Of a stretch of 64,000 nt of DNA, positions 62,646 through 64,000 are shown piece by piece (position 1 is the stretch's first letter; every line of letters starts with the position of its first letter). The stretch lies in contig NC_087436.1 in the NCBI RefSeq assembly GCF_036321535.1, positions 106,084,001 through 106,148,000 on the forward strand. The letters are read 5' to 3'. Both the position numbers and the translations under genes were made by a program. The stretch comes from Camelus dromedarius (lineage: Eukaryota). The notes beneath the pieces were generated by a model. That model saw only the letters and a list, made by a program, of their open reading frames with translations. It was not told the origin of the DNA and did no database searches.

Positions 62646-63110
62646 TGTATCAGTCAGCTCTTGCTGTGTAACAAACCACCCCAAAATTTAATGGTTATAA
62701 ATAGCAATTTTTTTTCTTTGGCTCACAGTTCTGTGGTTCTTTAATTTGACTTTGTCTCACCTAGGTTTATGTCCACATTTGCAGTGAGCTGACTGTTAGC
62801 TAGGCACTTTGACTTGGGGCTTGCAGGCTGTCACTTGAAGTGATGGGGGTGGCTGGGCCATATGTCTCTCACCATCCATCAGGCTAGCACAGCTCGTTCT
62901 CTTGGCAGAGAGAGCACAGAAAATGCCAGACCTCTCGAGCCTGCTTCTAACACAATGGATTGTTCAAAGCAAATCCAAAGGCTAGTTCAGATTCAAGGGG
63001 AAAGAGGCTCCACCTCTTGGTGGGAGGAACTGCAAAATTACATTACAAAGGGGAGTGGTTACAGGGAAGTGAAGCGTTGTGGCCATTTTTCTGCTGTCTG
63101 TTACAACCAC
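62646..63110 (-). mobile_element. MaLR solo LTR (MLT1-type)
   Basis: tgtatcagtcagctcttgctgtgtaacaaaccaccccaaaatttaatgg...ggctcacagttctgtgg...cagattcaaggggaaag...ctccacctcttggtgggaggaactgcaaa. Confidence 0.85.
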
Positions 63111-64000
63111 TTGGTAATCATGTCAACTTGGGCAGGTCCATTCACTTCTGTAGGTTGAGATCCTTGTCATATATATTCATAAATGTCATATATATTCATA
63201 TACATATATTCACTCCTCAGTGCTTGAAGTTGCAACTAGACCACAAAAAACAGACCAGCTATGTCAAAACACTTTGAAAGTTACAAAGTTTCTTAAAGAG
63301 GTATGCATTTGTGCTCACTTTGCACAAACCCCTCTGTAGAACAGGATGTTGTAATAGAATTTGTCTCGTAAAGAGATGCACAGACTCAATAAGATAGTGA
63401 CTGCAAGCTGCTTAGCCCAGTCCTGGCACAAAGAAGTATTCCATAAATGGAAGCAGCTCTTTTTATTATTAACAAAAAAAAAGAAGATAAGCTGTAGGTG
63501 GAGAATTCCGAGTAGGTTGTGATTAAAAAAGAAACAAAAACAAAAGATAAAACAAACCCGTGGTAGTGAAATATGAGCTTACCCCCAAATCTCCAACTGC
63601 TTTACTATAAAATATATTTGTTTATCACCAGTTGATGGCTTTTGAAATCATTTATTTTTATTGTCTAACAAAGGGGACTTTGTTGAGAGCTTCATTATCT
63701 GTAGAAATGCTTCAGCGTTTGCACCAAAACCCTGTGTTCAAACGCTGGCACCGGGAATACCTCTTAGTGATAATTTTCGAGTTAAGTATTATGCATCAGG
63801 TAAATGATTGTGCATATAAATGGTCATTTTAGATGGTGCATTAGCAGGTGGAAATGGACAATCTTTCCCAAGGAATATTCAACTTTTTTCCCCCCACAGT
63901 CAACAGCTTCAAGTAAGTTGTAGAGCATGCTGTGATTTAGTACAAAGGCAGATTAAAAAACAAATCATAAAGATCTCAAAACTGGTAGCTCTTCCAAGAA

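Noticed and set aside
1..64000. Naming the host gene, or claiming a CRISPR array, operon or novel system
   Set aside because: There is no recognisable exon to anchor a gene name, no regularly spaced repeat-spacer array and no gene-dense architecture. A genome alignment is required.

Overview
Mammalian (eutherian) non-coding genomic DNA. I found no credible protein-coding exon, structural RNA gene, CRISPR array or prokaryotic feature, and the ORF track looks like chance ORFs plus one LINE-1 ORF2 remnant. The young repeats are two tRNA-Ala-derived SINEs resembling the camelid Vic-1 family, artiodactyl-type L1 3' ends and a MER41-like ERV1 solo LTR. Together with no recognisable Alu, B1/B2, Bov-A/BovB, PRE-1 or SINEC, they suggest a camelid genome (inference). 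The background is dense in ancient MIR, L2, L3/CR1, L1M, MER5, MER20, MaLR and LTR16-like relics. Between them lie repeat-poor blocks rich in homeodomain, PBX-HOX/MEIS, FOX and bZIP motifs that look like conserved enhancers. Poly-T excess on + and the minus orientation of the young L1s and LTR suggest a large intron of a + strand gene, which I cannot name. The best directly visible oddities are a twin-primed 5'-inverted L1 (40895-41231), overlapping perfect palindromes typical of template switching (29307-29348), nested insertions with recoverable TSDs, and a CpG-retaining CRE/E-box patch (36415-36610). I did not find evidence for a novel biological system. Repeat family names and boundaries are by-eye recognition and need RepeatMasker/Dfam confirmation.
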